Assembly: GCF_030013595.1 (NCBI RefSeq)
Contig: NZ_CP122768.1
Length of the DNA: 64,000 nucleotides
Direction: 5' to 3' (one strand)
From: Escherichia coli
GTDB taxonomy: Bacteria; Pseudomonadota; Gammaproteobacteria; Enterobacterales; Enterobacteriaceae
Shown: in pieces, positions 9,743 to 23,519 of the stretch
Position numbering within the stretch: the stretch's first letter is position 1
Layout: each line of letters begins with the position of its first letter
Translations under genes and position numbers: made by a program
The notes under the pieces: model-generated
Databases searched by the model: none
What the model was told of the DNA's origin: nothing
The model's input: only the letters and a program-made list of their open reading frames with translations

Positions 9743-11080
9743 CATAAGCGCTAACTTAAGGGTTGTGGTATTACGCCTGATATGATTTAACGTGCCGATG
9801 AATTACTCTCACGATAACTGGTCAGCAATTCTGGCCCATATTGGTAAGCCCGAAGAACTGGATACTTCGGCACGTAATGCCGGGGCTCTAACCCGCCGCC
9901 GCGAAATTCGTGATGCTGCAACTCTGCTACGTCTGGGGCTGGCTTACGGCCCCGGGGGGATGTCATTACGTGAAGTCACTGCATGGGCTCAGCTCCATGA
10001 CGTTGCAACATTATCTGACGTGGCTCTCCTGAAGCGGCTGCGGAATGCCGCCGACTGGTTTGGCATACTTGCCGCACAAACACTTGCTGTACGCGCCGCA
10101 GTTACGGGTTGTACAAGCGGAAAGAGATTGCGTCTTGTCGATGGAACAGCAATCAGTGCGCCCGGGGGCGGCAGCGCTGAATGGCGACTACATATGGGAT
10201 ATGATCCTCATACCTGTCAGTTCACTGATTTTGAGCTAACCGACAGCAGAGACGCTGAACGGCTGGACCGATTTGCGCAAACGGCAGACGAGATACGCAT
10301 TGCTGACCGGGGATTCGGTTCGCGTCCCGAATGTATCCGCTCACTTGCTTTTGGAGAAGCTGATTATATCGTCCGGGTTCACTGGCGAGGATTGCGCTGG
10401 TTAACTGCAGAAGGAATGCGCTTTGACATGATGGGTTTTCTGCGCGGGCTGGATTGCGGTAAGAACGGTGAAACCACTGTAATGATAGGCAATTCAGGTA
10501 ATAAAAAAGCCGGAGCTCCCTTTCCGGCACGTCTCATTGCCGTATCACTTCCTCCCGAAAAAGCATTAATCAGTAAAACCCGACTGCTCAGCGAGAATCG
10601 TCGAAAAGGACGAGTAGTTCAGGCGGAAACGCTGGAAGCAGCGGGCCATGTGCTATTGCTAACATCATTACCGGAAGATGAATATTCAGCAGAGCAAGTG
10701 GCTGATTGTTACCGTCTGCGATGGCAAATTGAACTGGCTTTTAAGCGGCTCAAAAGTTTGCTGCACCTGGATGCTTTGCGTGCAAAGGAACCTGAACTCG
10801 CGAAAGCGTGGATATTTGCTAATCTACTCGCCGCATTTTTAATTGACGACATAATCCAGCCATCGCTGGATTTCCCCCCAGAAGTGCCGGATCCGAAAAG
10901 AAGAACTAACTCGTTGTGGAGAATAACAAAAATGGTCATCTGGAGCTTACAGGTGGCCATTCGTGGGACAGTATCCCTGACAGCCTACAAAACGCAATTG
11001 AAGAACGCGAGGCATCGTCTTAACGAGGCACCGAGGCGTCGCATTCTTCAGATGGTTCAACCCTTAAGTTAGCGCTTATG
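9743..11080 (+). mobile_element. IS186 (IS4 family) insertion sequence, 1338 bp
   Basis: Terminal inverted repeats cataagcgctaacttaagggttg (9743-9765) and caacccttaagttagcgcttatg (11058-11080); flanked by direct repeat ggattactcc (9733-9742 and 11081-11090) inside a GGGG..CCCC context. Confidence 0.9.
9960..11072 (+). CDS. insL: IS186 transposase (DDE, IS4 family)
   Basis: ORF 9792..11072 (426 aa); start placed at MSLREVTAWAQ to give the 370-aa InsL form; start is uncertain. Confidence 0.8.
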   Translation: MSLREVTAWAQLHDVATLSDVALLKRLRNAADWFGILAAQTLAVRAAVTGCTSGKRLRLVDGTAISAPGGGSAEWRLHMGYDPHTCQFTDFELTDSRDAERLDRFAQTADEIRIADRGFGSRPECIRSLAFGEADYIVRVHWRGLRWLTAEGMRFDMMGFLRGLDCGKNGETTVMIGNSGNKKAGAPFPARLIAVSLPPEKALISKTRLLSENRRKGRVVQAETLEAAGHVLLLTSLPEDEYSAEQVADCYRLRWQIELAFKRLKSLLHLDALRAKEPELAKAWIFANLLAAFLIDDIIQPSLDFPPEVPDPKRRTNSLWRITKMVIWSLQVAIRGTVSLTAYKTQLKNARHRLNEAPRRRILQMVQPLS

Positions 11081-11101
11081 GGATTACTCCCCGCACAACG
11101 G

Positions 11102-11254
11102 CTACTTCTTCGGTTCGTAAGCGAGAACAGCCTTAAACTCAATATTACGTTCCTTCACCGTAAACTCACACAGCGAGTCTCCGACCAGAAGCGTAAATCC
11201 CAGTACCGTCAAACACAGCACTATGACTGCCACAAGGGCATATTTCGTCAGCAT
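11102..11254 (-). CDS. hokE: Hok-family small membrane toxin (type I toxin-antitoxin)
   Basis: 50-aa product [50 protein letters not shown] embedded in a longer leader ORF (mok-like, 11102..11398). IS186 lies 21 bp downstream. Confidence 0.85.
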   Translation of the reverse strand: MLTKYALVAVIVLCLTVLGFTLLVGDSLCEFTVKERNIEFKAVLAYEPKK

Positions 11255-11680
11255 GTTTATATTGCCTCCATGCGAAGAAGGGACTACCATCCAAATTGTC
11301 TGGTTTGGAGTGGCAGCCCCAGGGTTGATAGAAATATCTCCTGGGGCTTCATCTTTCCAGACCTCAGAGTAAACCTGAAACCGGAAAGCTTCAGGCACCC
11401 GCCGTTATCTTACCCTTCCTCAGCAAAATAGCTGTTTATTTATACAGTGAGTCCTGTTTCGGACTTCTCACTCCTCATTTGATCAACTGAAGCTGAACCC
11501 GTTTTTTTCTGCATGCCTCAATCGTCAAAATTCTTCGCCACCAGCCAGCTCTGCCATAACTTGTCACATTGCAGAAGTAGCCAAACTTCTTCAGTCACAA
11601 TCAGTTCACCATCACCAAAAAAAGAAACATTCCAGAACTTCCGCATCTCGCCCAGTCGCTCCCACTTCTATACTGAATAG

Positions 11681-12823
<1,143 letters not shown>

Positions 12824-12888
12824 GTCGGGAATTGCCTTACAGAAGAATATCCCTGACAATGGTGTTTTAACTTACATTTAACAATGTT

Positions 12889-13137
12889 ATGAAACACCCT
12901 TTAGAAACCTTGACCACCGCAGCAGGCATTTTGCTGATGGCTTTCCTCTCTTGCCTGCTGCTTCCCGCCCCCGCATTGGGGCTGACGCTGGCACAAAAAC
13001 TGGTGACCACGTTCCATCTGATGGATCTTAGCCAGCTTTACACTTTATTGTTTTGTCTGTGGTTTTTAGTGCTGGGCGCTATTGAGTATTTTGTTCTGCG
13101 CTTTATCTGGCGACGCTGGTTCTCGCTGGCGGATTAA
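12889..13137 (+). CDS. ybdJ: Small inner-membrane protein YbdJ
   Basis: 82-aa hydrophobic [34 protein letters not shown]... Confidence 0.8.
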   Translation: MKHPLETLTTAAGILLMAFLSCLLLPAPALGLTLAQKLVTTFHLMDLSQLYTLLFCLWFLVLGAIEYFVLRFIWRRWFSLAD

Positions 13138-13201
13138 ACGTCGATTATCGCCGAACTTCGCGGCATACTTTGCTTATTCTCCTTCGCCTAAAGGAACGTT
13201 T

Positions 13202-13585
13202 ATGGATAAGCAATCACTGCACGAAACGGCGAAACGCCTGGCCCTTGAGTTACCCTTTGTCGAGCTTTGCTGGCCTTTTGGCCCGGAGTTCGATGTTTTT
13301 AAAATTGGCGGCAAGATTTTTATGCTGTCGTCGGAGCTGCGCGGCGTCCCCTTTATCAATCTGAAGTCCGATCCACAAAAATCCCTGCTAAATCAGCAAA
13401 TATACCCAAGCATCAAGCCAGGGTATCACATGAATAAAAAGCACTGGATTTCGGTGTATCCCGGCGAGGAAATCTCCGAAGCGTTACTTCGCGATCTGAT
13501 CAACGATTCGTGGAATCTGGTGGTTGATGGTCTGGCTAAACGCGATCAAAAACGACTGCGTCCTTACTCAACCGTAAATCAATAG
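13202..13585 (+). CDS. ybdF: Uncharacterised protein YbdF
   Basis: ORF 13082..13585; start chosen at [32 protein letters not shown]... Confidence 0.8.
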   Translation: MDKQSLHETAKRLALELPFVELCWPFGPEFDVFKIGGKIFMLSSELRGVPFINLKSDPQKSLLNQQIYPSIKPGYHMNKKHWISVYPGEEISEALLRDLINDSWNLVVDGLAKRDQKRLRPYSTVNQ

Positions 13586-13663
13586 CGCATTTTTCTCGCT
13601 TACCATTTCATCTCGATCCTTGTAATCTGCTGGCACGCAAAATTACTTTCACATGGAGTCTTT

Positions 13664-14317
13664 ATGGATATCATTTCTGTCGCCTTAAAGCGTCATTCCA
13701 CTAAGGCATTTGATGCCAGCAAAAAACTAACCCCGGAACAGGCCGAGCAGATCAAAACTCTCCTGCAATACAGCCCATCCAGCACCAACTCCCAGCCGTG
13801 GCATTTTATTGTTGCCAGCACGGAAGAAGGTAAAGCGCGTGTTGCCAAATCCGCTGCCGGTAATTACGTGTTCAACGAGCGTAAAATGCTTGATGCCTCG
13901 CACGTTGTGGTGTTCTGTGCAAAAACCGCGATGGACGATGCCTGGCTGAAGCTGGTTGTTGACCAGGAAGATGCCGATGGCCGCTTTGCCACGCCGGAAG
14001 CGAAAGCCGCGAACGATAAAGGTCGCAAGTTCTTCGCCGATATGCACCGTAAAGATCTGCATGATGATGCAGAGTGGATGGCAAAACAGGTTTATCTCAA
14101 CGTCGGCAACTTCCTGCTCGGCGTGGCGGCGCTGGGTCTGGACGCGGTACCCATCGAAGGTTTTGACGCCGCAATCCTCGATGCAGAATTTGGTCTGAAA
14201 GAGAAAGGCTACACCAGTCTGGTAGTTGTTCCGGTGGGTCATCACAGCGTTGAAGATTTTAACGCTACGCTGCCGAAATCTCGTCTGCCGCAAAACATCA
14301 CCTTAACCGAAGTGTAA
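13664..14317 (+). CDS. nfsB: Oxygen-insensitive NAD(P)H nitroreductase
   Basis: 217-aa [56 protein letters not shown]... Confidence 0.95.
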   Translation: MDIISVALKRHSTKAFDASKKLTPEQAEQIKTLLQYSPSSTNSQPWHFIVASTEEGKARVAKSAAGNYVFNERKMLDASHVVVFCAKTAMDDAWLKLVVDQEDADGRFATPEAKAANDKGRKFFADMHRKDLHDDAEWMAKQVYLNVGNFLLGVAALGLDAVPIEGFDAAILDAEFGLKEKGYTSLVVVPVGHHSVEDFNATLPKSRLPQNITLTEV

Positions 14318-14376
14318 TTCTCTCTTGCCGGGCATCTGCCCGGCTATTTCCCCTCAGATTCTCCTGATTTGCATAA

Positions 14377-15672
<1,296 letters not shown>

Positions 15673-15673
15673 T

Positions 15674-15712
15674 TAAAAAAACCGCTCTTATCGAATGGAT
15701 GAGAGCGGTTTC
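15674..15712. terminator. Bidirectional intrinsic terminator between mscM and pheP
   Basis: A-run, stem accgctct / agagcggt with loop, then T-rich tail; sits between convergent genes. Confidence 0.65.
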
Positions 15713-15752
15713 GGATGGTTGACATCATTTTGTCGGATACGGCGTGAATGCC

Positions 15753-17129
15753 TTATTTCCGACGCAGCGTTTTAAACGCTACAAACAGGAATACAATCCA
15801 CACTGGCAGCAGAATCGCTGACAAGCGCATATCATCCATCGTGCACATCAGCAGCAAAATCATGCCGAGGAAGGCGATGCAGAGATAGTTGCCGAACGGA
15901 TAGAGCAGCGCCTTAAACTGTGTTTCACGCCCCTGACGACGCATCGCTGCACGAAAACGCAGATGCGCCAGGCAGATCATAATCCAGTTCAACAGCAGCG
16001 TTGCTACCACCAGCGCCATCAGCAGACCAAACGCTTTTTGCGGCAGCAGATAGTTGATTAACACCACCAGCGAAGTGATCGCTCCGGAAAGCATCAGCGA
16101 GTTAATCGGCACACCGCGACGGCTGACGCGAGTCAAAAACTTTGGCGCATTACCCTGCACTGAAAGGCCAAACAGCATCCGACTGTTAGAATAAACCCCG
16201 CTGTTATACACCGATAACGATGCCACCAGAATGACGAAGTTCAGCGCAGAAGCTACCACGTTGCTGTCGAGATTATGGAAAATCATCACAAACGGGCTAC
16301 TGTTGGATTTCACTTCCACCCACGGATAGAGTGCCAGTAAAACCACCAGTGAGCCGATATAAAACAGCAGGATGCGATACACCACCTGATTCACTGCTTT
16401 AGGGATGCTTTTTTCCGGATCGCGCGCTTCAGCGGCAGTAATCCCAATCAACTCCAGACCGCCGAAAGAGAACATAATTACCGCCAGCGACAAAATCAGC
16501 CCATTCCAGCCGGTGGCAAAAAAACCACCGTAGCGCCAGAGGTTGTCGATACTGGCTTTCTCGCCGCCGTGACCAGAAAACAGCAGCCACAGACCAAAGC
16601 CGATCATACCGATGATCGCCAGCACTTTAATCAGCGCAAACCAGAACTCGGTTTCGCCATATAAGCGCACGTTCACCAGGTTAACGGCGTTGATGATAAT
16701 AAAGAAGGCGGCAGCCCAAATCCACGTTGGAACATCCGGGAACCAGTACTGCATATAGATGCCCGCAGCGGTCAACTCTGCCATTCCCACCAGCACGAAC
16801 ATCACCCAGTAGTTCCAGCCAGAGAGGAAGCCCGCAAACGGTCCCCAGTATTTATAGGCAAAGTGGGCAAATGAACCGGATACCGGCTCTTCGACCACCA
16901 TCTCGCCGAGCTGGCGCATAATCAGGAAAGCGATGATCCCAGCGACGCCGTAGCCCAGCAATACAGCCGGACCCGCCATCTGAATCGCCGGGCCAATGCC
17001 AAGAAACAGACCAGTACCAATTGCGCCACCCAGCGCAATCAGTTGAATATGACGGTTATGTAATCCGCGATGAAGCGTCGGCTCTTGATTCGACGCAGTA
17101 TCTTCCGATACGGTTGACGCGTTTTTCAC
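15753..17129 (-). CDS. pheP: Phenylalanine-specific permease (APC family)
   Basis: ORF 15753..17165; start assigned to GTG at 17127-17129 (VKNASTVSEDTASNQEPTLHRGLHNRHIQLIALGGAIGTGLF...). Confidence 0.9.
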   Translation of the reverse strand: MKNASTVSEDTASNQEPTLHRGLHNRHIQLIALGGAIGTGLFLGIGPAIQMAGPAVLLGYGVAGIIAFLIMRQLGEMVVEEPVSGSFAHFAYKYWGPFAGFLSGWNYWVMFVLVGMAELTAAGIYMQYWFPDVPTWIWAAAFFIIINAVNLVNVRLYGETEFWFALIKVLAIIGMIGFGLWLLFSGHGGEKASIDNLWRYGGFFATGWNGLILSLAVIMFSFGGLELIGITAAEARDPEKSIPKAVNQVVYRILLFYIGSLVVLLALYPWVEVKSNSSPFVMIFHNLDSNVVASALNFVILVASLSVYNSGVYSNSRMLFGLSVQGNAPKFLTRVSRRGVPINSLMLSGAITSLVVLINYLLPQKAFGLLMALVVATLLLNWIMICLAHLRFRAAMRRQGRETQFKALLYPFGNYLCIAFLGMILLLMCTMDDMRLSAILLPVWIVFLFVAFKTLRRK

Positions 17130-17230
17130 GCCTTTCCCCTGTGTGTCTTTTTTGTTGAGGGGCACCTTTTAACATTTAGTGCCCATCGTCGCAAGACACA
17201 ATCCACACGGTTAAACCGGGTATCCTGCTT

Positions 17231-20200
17231 TTATTTCCGTACCCGATGTCGGTGCAGCCACATCAGCTTATACGCCGCCGGGATAATAAACAGCGACAGC
17301 AAAGGCGCGGTGATCATGCCGCCAATCATCGGCGCGGCAATCCGGCTCATCACCTCTGAACCTGCTCCCGTTCCCCACAGAATCGGCAGCAGACCAGCGA
17401 TAATCACCGCCACCGTCATCGCTTTCGGGCGCACGCGCAGGACCGCGCCGTGATACAACGCCTCATCCAGCTTCTGCTCGCTGAATGTTTGCGGATTATT
17501 CAACGACGGCTCGGCCTCTATGGCGTGACGTAAATACATCAGCATCACCACGCCAAATTCGGCGGCGACCCCGGCAAGGGCAATAAAACCGGTGCCCGTC
17601 GCCACGGAAAGATGAAAGCCCATCCACCACAGCAACCAGATGCCACCCACCAGCGCAAACGGTACGCTGCTGATAATCAGCAACGCTTCGCCCACCCGAC
17701 GGAACGCCAAATACAACAGCACGAAGATGATCATCAACGTCATCGGCACCATGAGTTTCAGCTTATGGTTGGCGCGTTCCAGTAGCTCGAACTGCCCGGA
17801 GAATGCCACGCTGGTGCCCGGTTTTAACTGTACTTTTTCAGCTATCGCTTTTTGCAGATCGTGAACCACCGACACTATGTCACGATCGCGGGCATCGATA
17901 TAAATCCAGCTCGTCGGGCGCGCATTCTCGGTTTTCAGCATCGACGGTCCGGTAGAGACTTTAACGTCAGCCACGTCTGCCAGGGTGATTTGCTGCTTCA
18001 TCGGCGTCAGAATCGGCAACTGGCGCAGCGCCTGCGGACTATCGCGCCAGCTTTGCGGATAACGCAGATTAATTGGATAACGGGCAATCCCTTCCACCGT
18101 TTCGCCAACCATCGCCCCGCCCACCGCAGATGTCACAAACAATTGCACATCCGCCACCGTCATACCGTAACGCGCGGCTTTTTCACGGTTAATCTCAACG
18201 TTGATATAGCGCCCACCTTCCAGACGCTCGGCAAGCGCAGAAGCTACGCCTGGCACCGTTCGCGCCACTTCTTCAATTTGCTCCGCCATCGCGTCGATAT
18301 CCGCCAGCACAGTGCCGGAAACTTTAATGCCGATGGGGCTTTTAATGCCGGTTGAGAGCATATCGATACGGTTACGAATTGGCGGCACCCACAGATTCGC
18401 CAGCCCCGGCAGACGCACGGTGTTATCCAGTTCCTCAATGATTTTGTCCATCGTCATGCCTGGCCGCCACTGATCTTGTGGCTTAAGCTGGATGGTCGTT
18501 TCTACCATCTCCAGCGGAGCAGAATCGGTGGCGGTTTCCGCTTTCCCGGTTTTGCCAAATACCCGCGCCACTTCAGGTACGCTCATAATCAGCTTGTCGG
18601 TTTTTTGCAGCATACTCGCCGCCTCTGCTGCGGAAATCCCCGGCAGCGTCGATGGCATATACAACAAGTCGCCTTCATTGATCTGCGGTAAAAATTCCCC
18701 GCCAACTTTATTGAGCGGCCAGAGAACCGTCAGCACCGAAAGCGCTGCCACCAGCAGCGTGGTTTTTGGCCAGTGCAGTACTTTCAGCAACAGCGGATGA
18801 TAAGCACGAATCAAAAAGCGATTGAGCGGGTTACTGCTTTCTGGCGGAATTTTGCCACGGATCCAGTAACCCATCAGGATAGGGATCACTATGATCGCCA
18901 GCAGCGCCGCACCCGCCATCGCATACGTTTTGGTGAACGCCAGCGGGCCAAACAGACGCCCTTCCTGCCCTTCCAGGGTGAAGATCGGGATAAACGACAA
19001 CGTGATAATCAGCAGACTGATAAACAACGCCGGACCCACTTCAACAGACGCATCGGTGATCACCTGCCAGCGCGTTTTATTATCCAGCGTGGCGTCAGGA
19101 TGCTGGTGCTGCCACTCTTCCAGCCGTTTATGCGCATTCTCGATCATGACGATAGCGGCATCGACCATCGCCCCGACGGCAATCGCAATGCCGCCCAGCG
19201 ACATAATATTGGCGTTCAGTCCCTGAAATTGCATGACAATAAAAGCAATACACAACCCCAGCGGCAACGAAATAATCGCCACCAGCGCCGAGCGCACATG
19301 CCAGAGAAACAGCGCACAGACTACCGCCACCACAATAAACTCTTCCAGCAACTTGCCGCTGAGGTTGTCGATGGCGCGGTCAATGAGCTGGCTGCGATCG
19401 TATGTTGTAACTATCTCCACGCCTTCCGGCAGACTACTTTTCAGCGTTTCCAGTTTGTCTTTCACGGCGGCGATCACTTCTCGGGCGTTTTTGCCGGAGC
19501 GCAGGATCACCACCCCGCCCGCCACTTCGCCTTCGCCGTTCAGTTCGGCAATGCCCCGGCGCATCTCCGGGCCAATCTGGACCTTCGCAACATCGCGCAG
19601 ATAAACGGGCACGCCATTTTCACTGGCTTTTAAAACGATGTGATTAAAGTCGTCGAGCGTTTGCAGATAGCCGCTGGCGCGCACCATATATTCCGCTTCC
19701 GCCAGTTCGATCGACGAACCGCCCGCTTCCTGGTTTGAAGCATCCAGCGCGCTTTTTACTTCGGCGAGACTGATGCCATATTGCGCCAGGCGCTGAGGAT
19801 CGATAACCACCTGATACTCTTTCACCACACCGCCTACCGACGCCACTTCCGCAACGTCAGGAATGGTTTTCAGCTCATATTTGAGAAACCAGTCCTGCAA
19901 TGAGCGTAAATCGGCAAGATCGTGCTTACCGCTGCGATCCACCAGTGCATATTCATAGATCCAGCCAACACCCGTGGCATCTGGCCCCAGCTCGGCGCTG
20001 ACTCCCGCAGGGAGCTTACCCTGTACCTGGTTGAGGTACTCCAGCACCCGCGAACGCGCCCAGTACGGATCGGTGCCATCTTCGAAAATGACATACACAT
20101 AAGAGTCGCCAAACTGCGAGAAACCGCGCACAGTCTTCGCGCCAGGCACCGACAACATGGTGGTGGTTAGCGGATAAGTCACCTGATTTTCAACGATTTG

Positions 20201-20374
20201 CGGTGCCTGACCGGGATAGCTGGTTTTAATAATCACCTGCACATCGGAGAGATCCGGCAGCGCATCCACTGGCGTGTTAATGATGGTCCAGGTGCCCCAG
20301 ATACTCAGAAACAACGCGCCCATCAGTACCAGAAAACGGTTCGCCACCGAGCGACGAATAATCCATTCAATCAT
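17231..20374 (-). CDS. cusA: RND copper/silver efflux pump, inner-membrane transporter CusA
   Basis: 1047-aa [32 protein letters not shown]... Confidence 0.95.
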   Translation of the reverse strand: MIEWIIRRSVANRFLVLMGALFLSIWGTWTIINTPVDALPDLSDVQVIIKTSYPGQAPQIVENQVTYPLTTTMLSVPGAKTVRGFSQFGDSYVYVIFEDGTDPYWARSRVLEYLNQVQGKLPAGVSAELGPDATGVGWIYEYALVDRSGKHDLADLRSLQDWFLKYELKTIPDVAEVASVGGVVKEYQVVIDPQRLAQYGISLAEVKSALDASNQEAGGSSIELAEAEYMVRASGYLQTLDDFNHIVLKASENGVPVYLRDVAKVQIGPEMRRGIAELNGEGEVAGGVVILRSGKNAREVIAAVKDKLETLKSSLPEGVEIVTTYDRSQLIDRAIDNLSGKLLEEFIVVAVVCALFLWHVRSALVAIISLPLGLCIAFIVMQFQGLNANIMSLGGIAIAVGAMVDAAIVMIENAHKRLEEWQHQHPDATLDNKTRWQVITDASVEVGPALFISLLIITLSFIPIFTLEGQEGRLFGPLAFTKTYAMAGAALLAIIVIPILMGYWIRGKIPPESSNPLNRFLIRAYHPLLLKVLHWPKTTLLVAALSVLTVLWPLNKVGGEFLPQINEGDLLYMPSTLPGISAAEAASMLQKTDKLIMSVPEVARVFGKTGKAETATDSAPLEMVETTIQLKPQDQWRPGMTMDKIIEELDNTVRLPGLANLWVPPIRNRIDMLSTGIKSPIGIKVSGTVLADIDAMAEQIEEVARTVPGVASALAERLEGGRYINVEINREKAARYGMTVADVQLFVTSAVGGAMVGETVEGIARYPINLRYPQSWRDSPQALRQLPILTPMKQQITLADVADVKVSTGPSMLKTENARPTSWIYIDARDRDIVSVVHDLQKAIAEKVQLKPGTSVAFSGQFELLERANHKLKLMVPMTLMIIFVLLYLAFRRVGEALLIISSVPFALVGGIWLLWWMGFHLSVATGTGFIALAGVAAEFGVVMLMYLRHAIEAEPSLNNPQTFSEQKLDEALYHGAVLRVRPKAMTVAVIIAGLLPILWGTGAGSEVMSRIAAPMIGGMITAPLLSLFIIPAAYKLMWLHRHRVRK

Positions 20375-20385
20375 TGGTTATTCCC

Positions 20386-21609
20386 TCAATGCGCATGGGT
20401 AGCACTTTCAGAGCGAATCCGCTCCAGTGCGCCAGAAATATTGGCTTCGGAATCAATCAGGAACAGGCCGCTGGAAACCACCTTTTCACCTTCCGCCAGA
20501 CCAGAGCGTAACGCGGTGACGCCTTGCGATGCCTGGAAAACGGCAACGCGTTTCGGTACAAAGCGCCCGTCGGCATCAACGGTAATCACCCGCTGTTCGC
20601 TGCCGGTATCAATCAGCGCTTGTGACGGAATGAGCAGCATCGGTTCGCTGGCGGTGTTGAGTTGCAACCAGGCGTTCATTCCCGGCTTTAGCGCCTCGTC
20701 GGTGTTGTCGACTTCCAGGCGCAACTGCAGCGTGCGGGTCGCGGCATCCACGCCAGGTAGTAGCGTCCATTTGCGAATGGTGAGTGTTTTATCCGGTCGC
20801 GCCGGAACGGTGAGCGTAAACTGCGAGGCATCTTTCACCAGCCAGGCGATGGACTCCGGGATCGCAGCAGTGACCCACACCGGATCCATACCCTGAATTT
20901 TCGCTACCACGTTATCTTTGGCGATATTCATTCCCGCGCGCAGATCAAACGCGGTGATCACGCCATCAATGGGTGCTTTGAGCGTAAAGCGAGTCTGGAT
21001 TTTTTGCGTGGCAATCAGGCGGCGAATATCCGCCTCCGGCATTCCCGCCAGTCGCAGTCGCTCAAGAATGCCTTCAGTCTGGGTCGCCGTACCGCCGGTT
21101 TCGCGCAGCAGTAAATACTCACTCTGCGCTTCCACCCAGTCAGGAATGGTCAGGTCGAGAAGCGGCGCGCCCTTTTGTACTTTATCGCCCACGGTAAGCG
21201 GATACACCTTGTCGATAAACCCGGCGGCGCGGGCCTGCACAATGGCATACTGATACTCGTTGTAACTGACATTCGCCGGGAAACTCTGGGAAAAAGTCAG
21301 CGGCCCGCGCGTGACGGTAGCCGTTTTCACCCCCAGATTCTGCGTCTGAGTCGGGTCAATGCGCACACCAGACGCAGAACTCTCTTCATCGGCATATTTC
21401 GGCACCAGATCCATATCCATAAACGGCGATTTACCTGGTTTATCGAACCGCGTATTGGGATACATCGGGTCGTACCAGAATAATATTTTACGTTCTGCGG
21501 TCGACGTTTTTTCTGCGGGCGGTTCCGCCTTTGCAAACCAGGTAAAACCTGCCGCAGAAATAATACCGCCCGCGATCATGCTGCCGATAATAAGCGCGAT
21601 TTTTTTCAT
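20386..21609 (-). CDS. cusB: Copper/silver efflux membrane fusion protein CusB
   Basis: 407-aa ORF MKKIALIIGSMIAGGIISAAGFTWFAKAEPP... Confidence 0.95.
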   Translation of the reverse strand: MKKIALIIGSMIAGGIISAAGFTWFAKAEPPAEKTSTAERKILFWYDPMYPNTRFDKPGKSPFMDMDLVPKYADEESSASGVRIDPTQTQNLGVKTATVTRGPLTFSQSFPANVSYNEYQYAIVQARAAGFIDKVYPLTVGDKVQKGAPLLDLTIPDWVEAQSEYLLLRETGGTATQTEGILERLRLAGMPEADIRRLIATQKIQTRFTLKAPIDGVITAFDLRAGMNIAKDNVVAKIQGMDPVWVTAAIPESIAWLVKDASQFTLTVPARPDKTLTIRKWTLLPGVDAATRTLQLRLEVDNTDEALKPGMNAWLQLNTASEPMLLIPSQALIDTGSEQRVITVDADGRFVPKRVAVFQASQGVTALRSGLAEGEKVVSSGLFLIDSEANISGALERIRSESATHAH

Positions 21610-21624
21610 CTCATTAAACCTGGG

Positions 21625-21957
21625 TTACTGGCTGACTTTAATATCCTGTAATAAAGAAAGGTTGCCCTGCTGGACAAAATTAAACGCCACTTTGTCGCCG
21701 GTTTTAATTTCACTCATTTTCGTCTGCGGGGTGATGGTAAAGCGCATGGTCATCTCCGGCCAGTTCACGGCTGCAATCGGATCGTGATGGATGGTGATTT
21801 TTTTGCTTTCCAGATCAACACCTTTTACCACGCCAGTGGCGCTAATAACCTGTTGTTGTGCTTCGCTCATGGTTTCATGATGATGTTCGTTAGCCTGGGC
21901 ATTAAAGCCAATAACGGTAAACAGACTAAACATTGCGACTTGCAGTGCTTTTTTCAT
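21625..21957 (-). CDS. cusF: Periplasmic copper/silver chaperone CusF
   Basis: 110-aa ORF with signal peptide MKKALQVAMFSLFTVIGFNAQANEHHHETMSEAQ... Confidence 0.95.
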   Translation of the reverse strand: MKKALQVAMFSLFTVIGFNAQANEHHHETMSEAQQQVISATGVVKGVDLESKKITIHHDPIAAVNWPEMTMRFTITPQTKMSEIKTGDKVAFNFVQQGNLSLLQDIKVSQ

Positions 21958-21980
21958 TTATTCTCTCCTGGAGTTAAAAA

Positions 21981-23363
21981 TTATTGCTGCCAACCGCCCC
22001 CTAAGGCGGTATATAAAGAAATTTCGTTAACCTGACGGGCATAATTCAGGTCAAGTAAAGTTTGTCGGGTTGCAAATAAAGAACGCTCAGCATCCAGCAC
22101 TTCCAGATAGCTTACTGCGCCGTGCTGATATAATGCCCGCGCCCGTTGCAGGGTAATTTGCAGCGACGCCAGATAACGCTGCTGGGCGCTGATTTGATCG
22201 TTCAGGCTTTGACGTAATGCCAGCGCATCTGCCACTTCTTTAAAGGCGTTCTGGATTTTCTGTTCATAATTCACCACCGACTGCTGCTGGCGAATTTCGG
22301 CGATATCCAGATTGGCCTGGTTACGTTCGGCATTAAAAATGGGGATCTCAATTTTGGGTATAAAATTCCACATCCCGCTGCTGGCGTTAAATAATGACGA
22401 CAGATCGCTGCTGGCGGTTGATATTCCGCTGGTCAGGCTGATAGACGGGAAAAATGCCGCGCGTGCAGCACCAATATTGGCATTAGCCGCCATTAACGCA
22501 TGTTCAGCTTCCATAATATCCGGGCGCTGCAATAAGATTTGCGACGACAAGCCCGCCGGTAATTTAACGCTTTGCAGGCTGTCGCTGTTTACTGTCTGCG
22601 CTTGCGGCAGCTTGCCGTAGCTTCCCAATAACAGTTGCAATGCATTATTCGCCTGCGCCAGTTCCCCCTGACGTTTAGCGATGTCGCTACGGGTACTTTC
22701 AATCACCCCGCGAGCCTGTTCCAGCGCCAGAACATTACTGCTACCTGTCAACAGTTGTTTTTCAACAAACGCATATGACTGCTGATAATTACGCAGCGTT
22801 TCTTCGGCTATTTGTAATTGTGCATAAGCCAGTTGCTGATTGAAATAGCTTTGTGCGACATTAGAAACCAGCAGAATATGCACCGCGCGCTGGGCTTCCT
22901 CAGTGGCTAAATAATTTTGGCGCTCGGCTTCGCTCATGTTCTTTAAGCGACCGAAAAAATCGAGATCAAAGCTGGCGTTAAGGCCAGTCGAGAACTCCCG
23001 CGTCGAGGCTGAATCGCCTTTAAGATTGCCGCTCCAGCTGCCGCTGCCCTCGCCATTGAGCTGTGGGTAGCGGTCGGCATCGGTCAGACGATATTGCGCC
23101 CGCGCTTCCTGCACTTTCAGCGTCGCCATGCGCAAATCCCGGTTATTCACCAGCGCCTCGCTAATCAGCGTCTTCACCTGATTATCAACAAAAAAGGTGC
23201 GCCAGCCCGCGTTCTGGTAGTTATCTGCTGCGTTAACCAGGCCGTTCTGGTTGAGTGAGAACTGCTGCGGCACGGGCATTGCCGGGCGCTGATAATCCGG
23301 TGCCAGTGAACAACCGGTTAGCGCAAGGGCCACACAAAATGGCAGAAGTTTACAAGGAGACAT
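21981..23363 (-). CDS. cusC: Outer-membrane efflux channel CusC (lipoprotein)
   Basis: 460-aa ORF MSPCKLLPFCVALALTGCSLAPDYQRP... (lipobox LTGC). Confidence 0.95.
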   Translation of the reverse strand: MSPCKLLPFCVALALTGCSLAPDYQRPAMPVPQQFSLNQNGLVNAADNYQNAGWRTFFVDNQVKTLISEALVNNRDLRMATLKVQEARAQYRLTDADRYPQLNGEGSGSWSGNLKGDSASTREFSTGLNASFDLDFFGRLKNMSEAERQNYLATEEAQRAVHILLVSNVAQSYFNQQLAYAQLQIAEETLRNYQQSYAFVEKQLLTGSSNVLALEQARGVIESTRSDIAKRQGELAQANNALQLLLGSYGKLPQAQTVNSDSLQSVKLPAGLSSQILLQRPDIMEAEHALMAANANIGAARAAFFPSISLTSGISTASSDLSSLFNASSGMWNFIPKIEIPIFNAERNQANLDIAEIRQQQSVVNYEQKIQNAFKEVADALALRQSLNDQISAQQRYLASLQITLQRARALYQHGAVSYLEVLDAERSLFATRQTLLDLNYARQVNEISLYTALGGGWQQ

Positions 23364-23432
23364 AGGCTCATAATTTCTGGTGATTTTATGCCGCCAACTT
23401 TACTCGCCAGGCTCTGATTTTCCGGTGACAGG

Positions 23433-23454
23433 AAAATGACAAAATTGTCATTTT
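23433..23454. promoter_or_regulatory. CusR box (perfect palindrome) in the cusC / cusR divergent promoter
   Basis: aaaatgacaaaattgtcatttt, a 22-bp sequence whose two halves are exact reverse complements, between divergent cusC and cusR. Confidence 0.75.
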
Positions 23455-23519
23455 GCCAATAAGCGATTGCCATCTGATCCCGCTACTCTAGAATTGCCCG
23501 GGCAACATGCGGAGGAAAT

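Noticed and set aside
18773-19633. 286-aa plus-strand ORF
   Set aside because: Antisense to cusA, Arg/His-rich, no recognisable motifs; artefact of the GC-rich cusA sequence.
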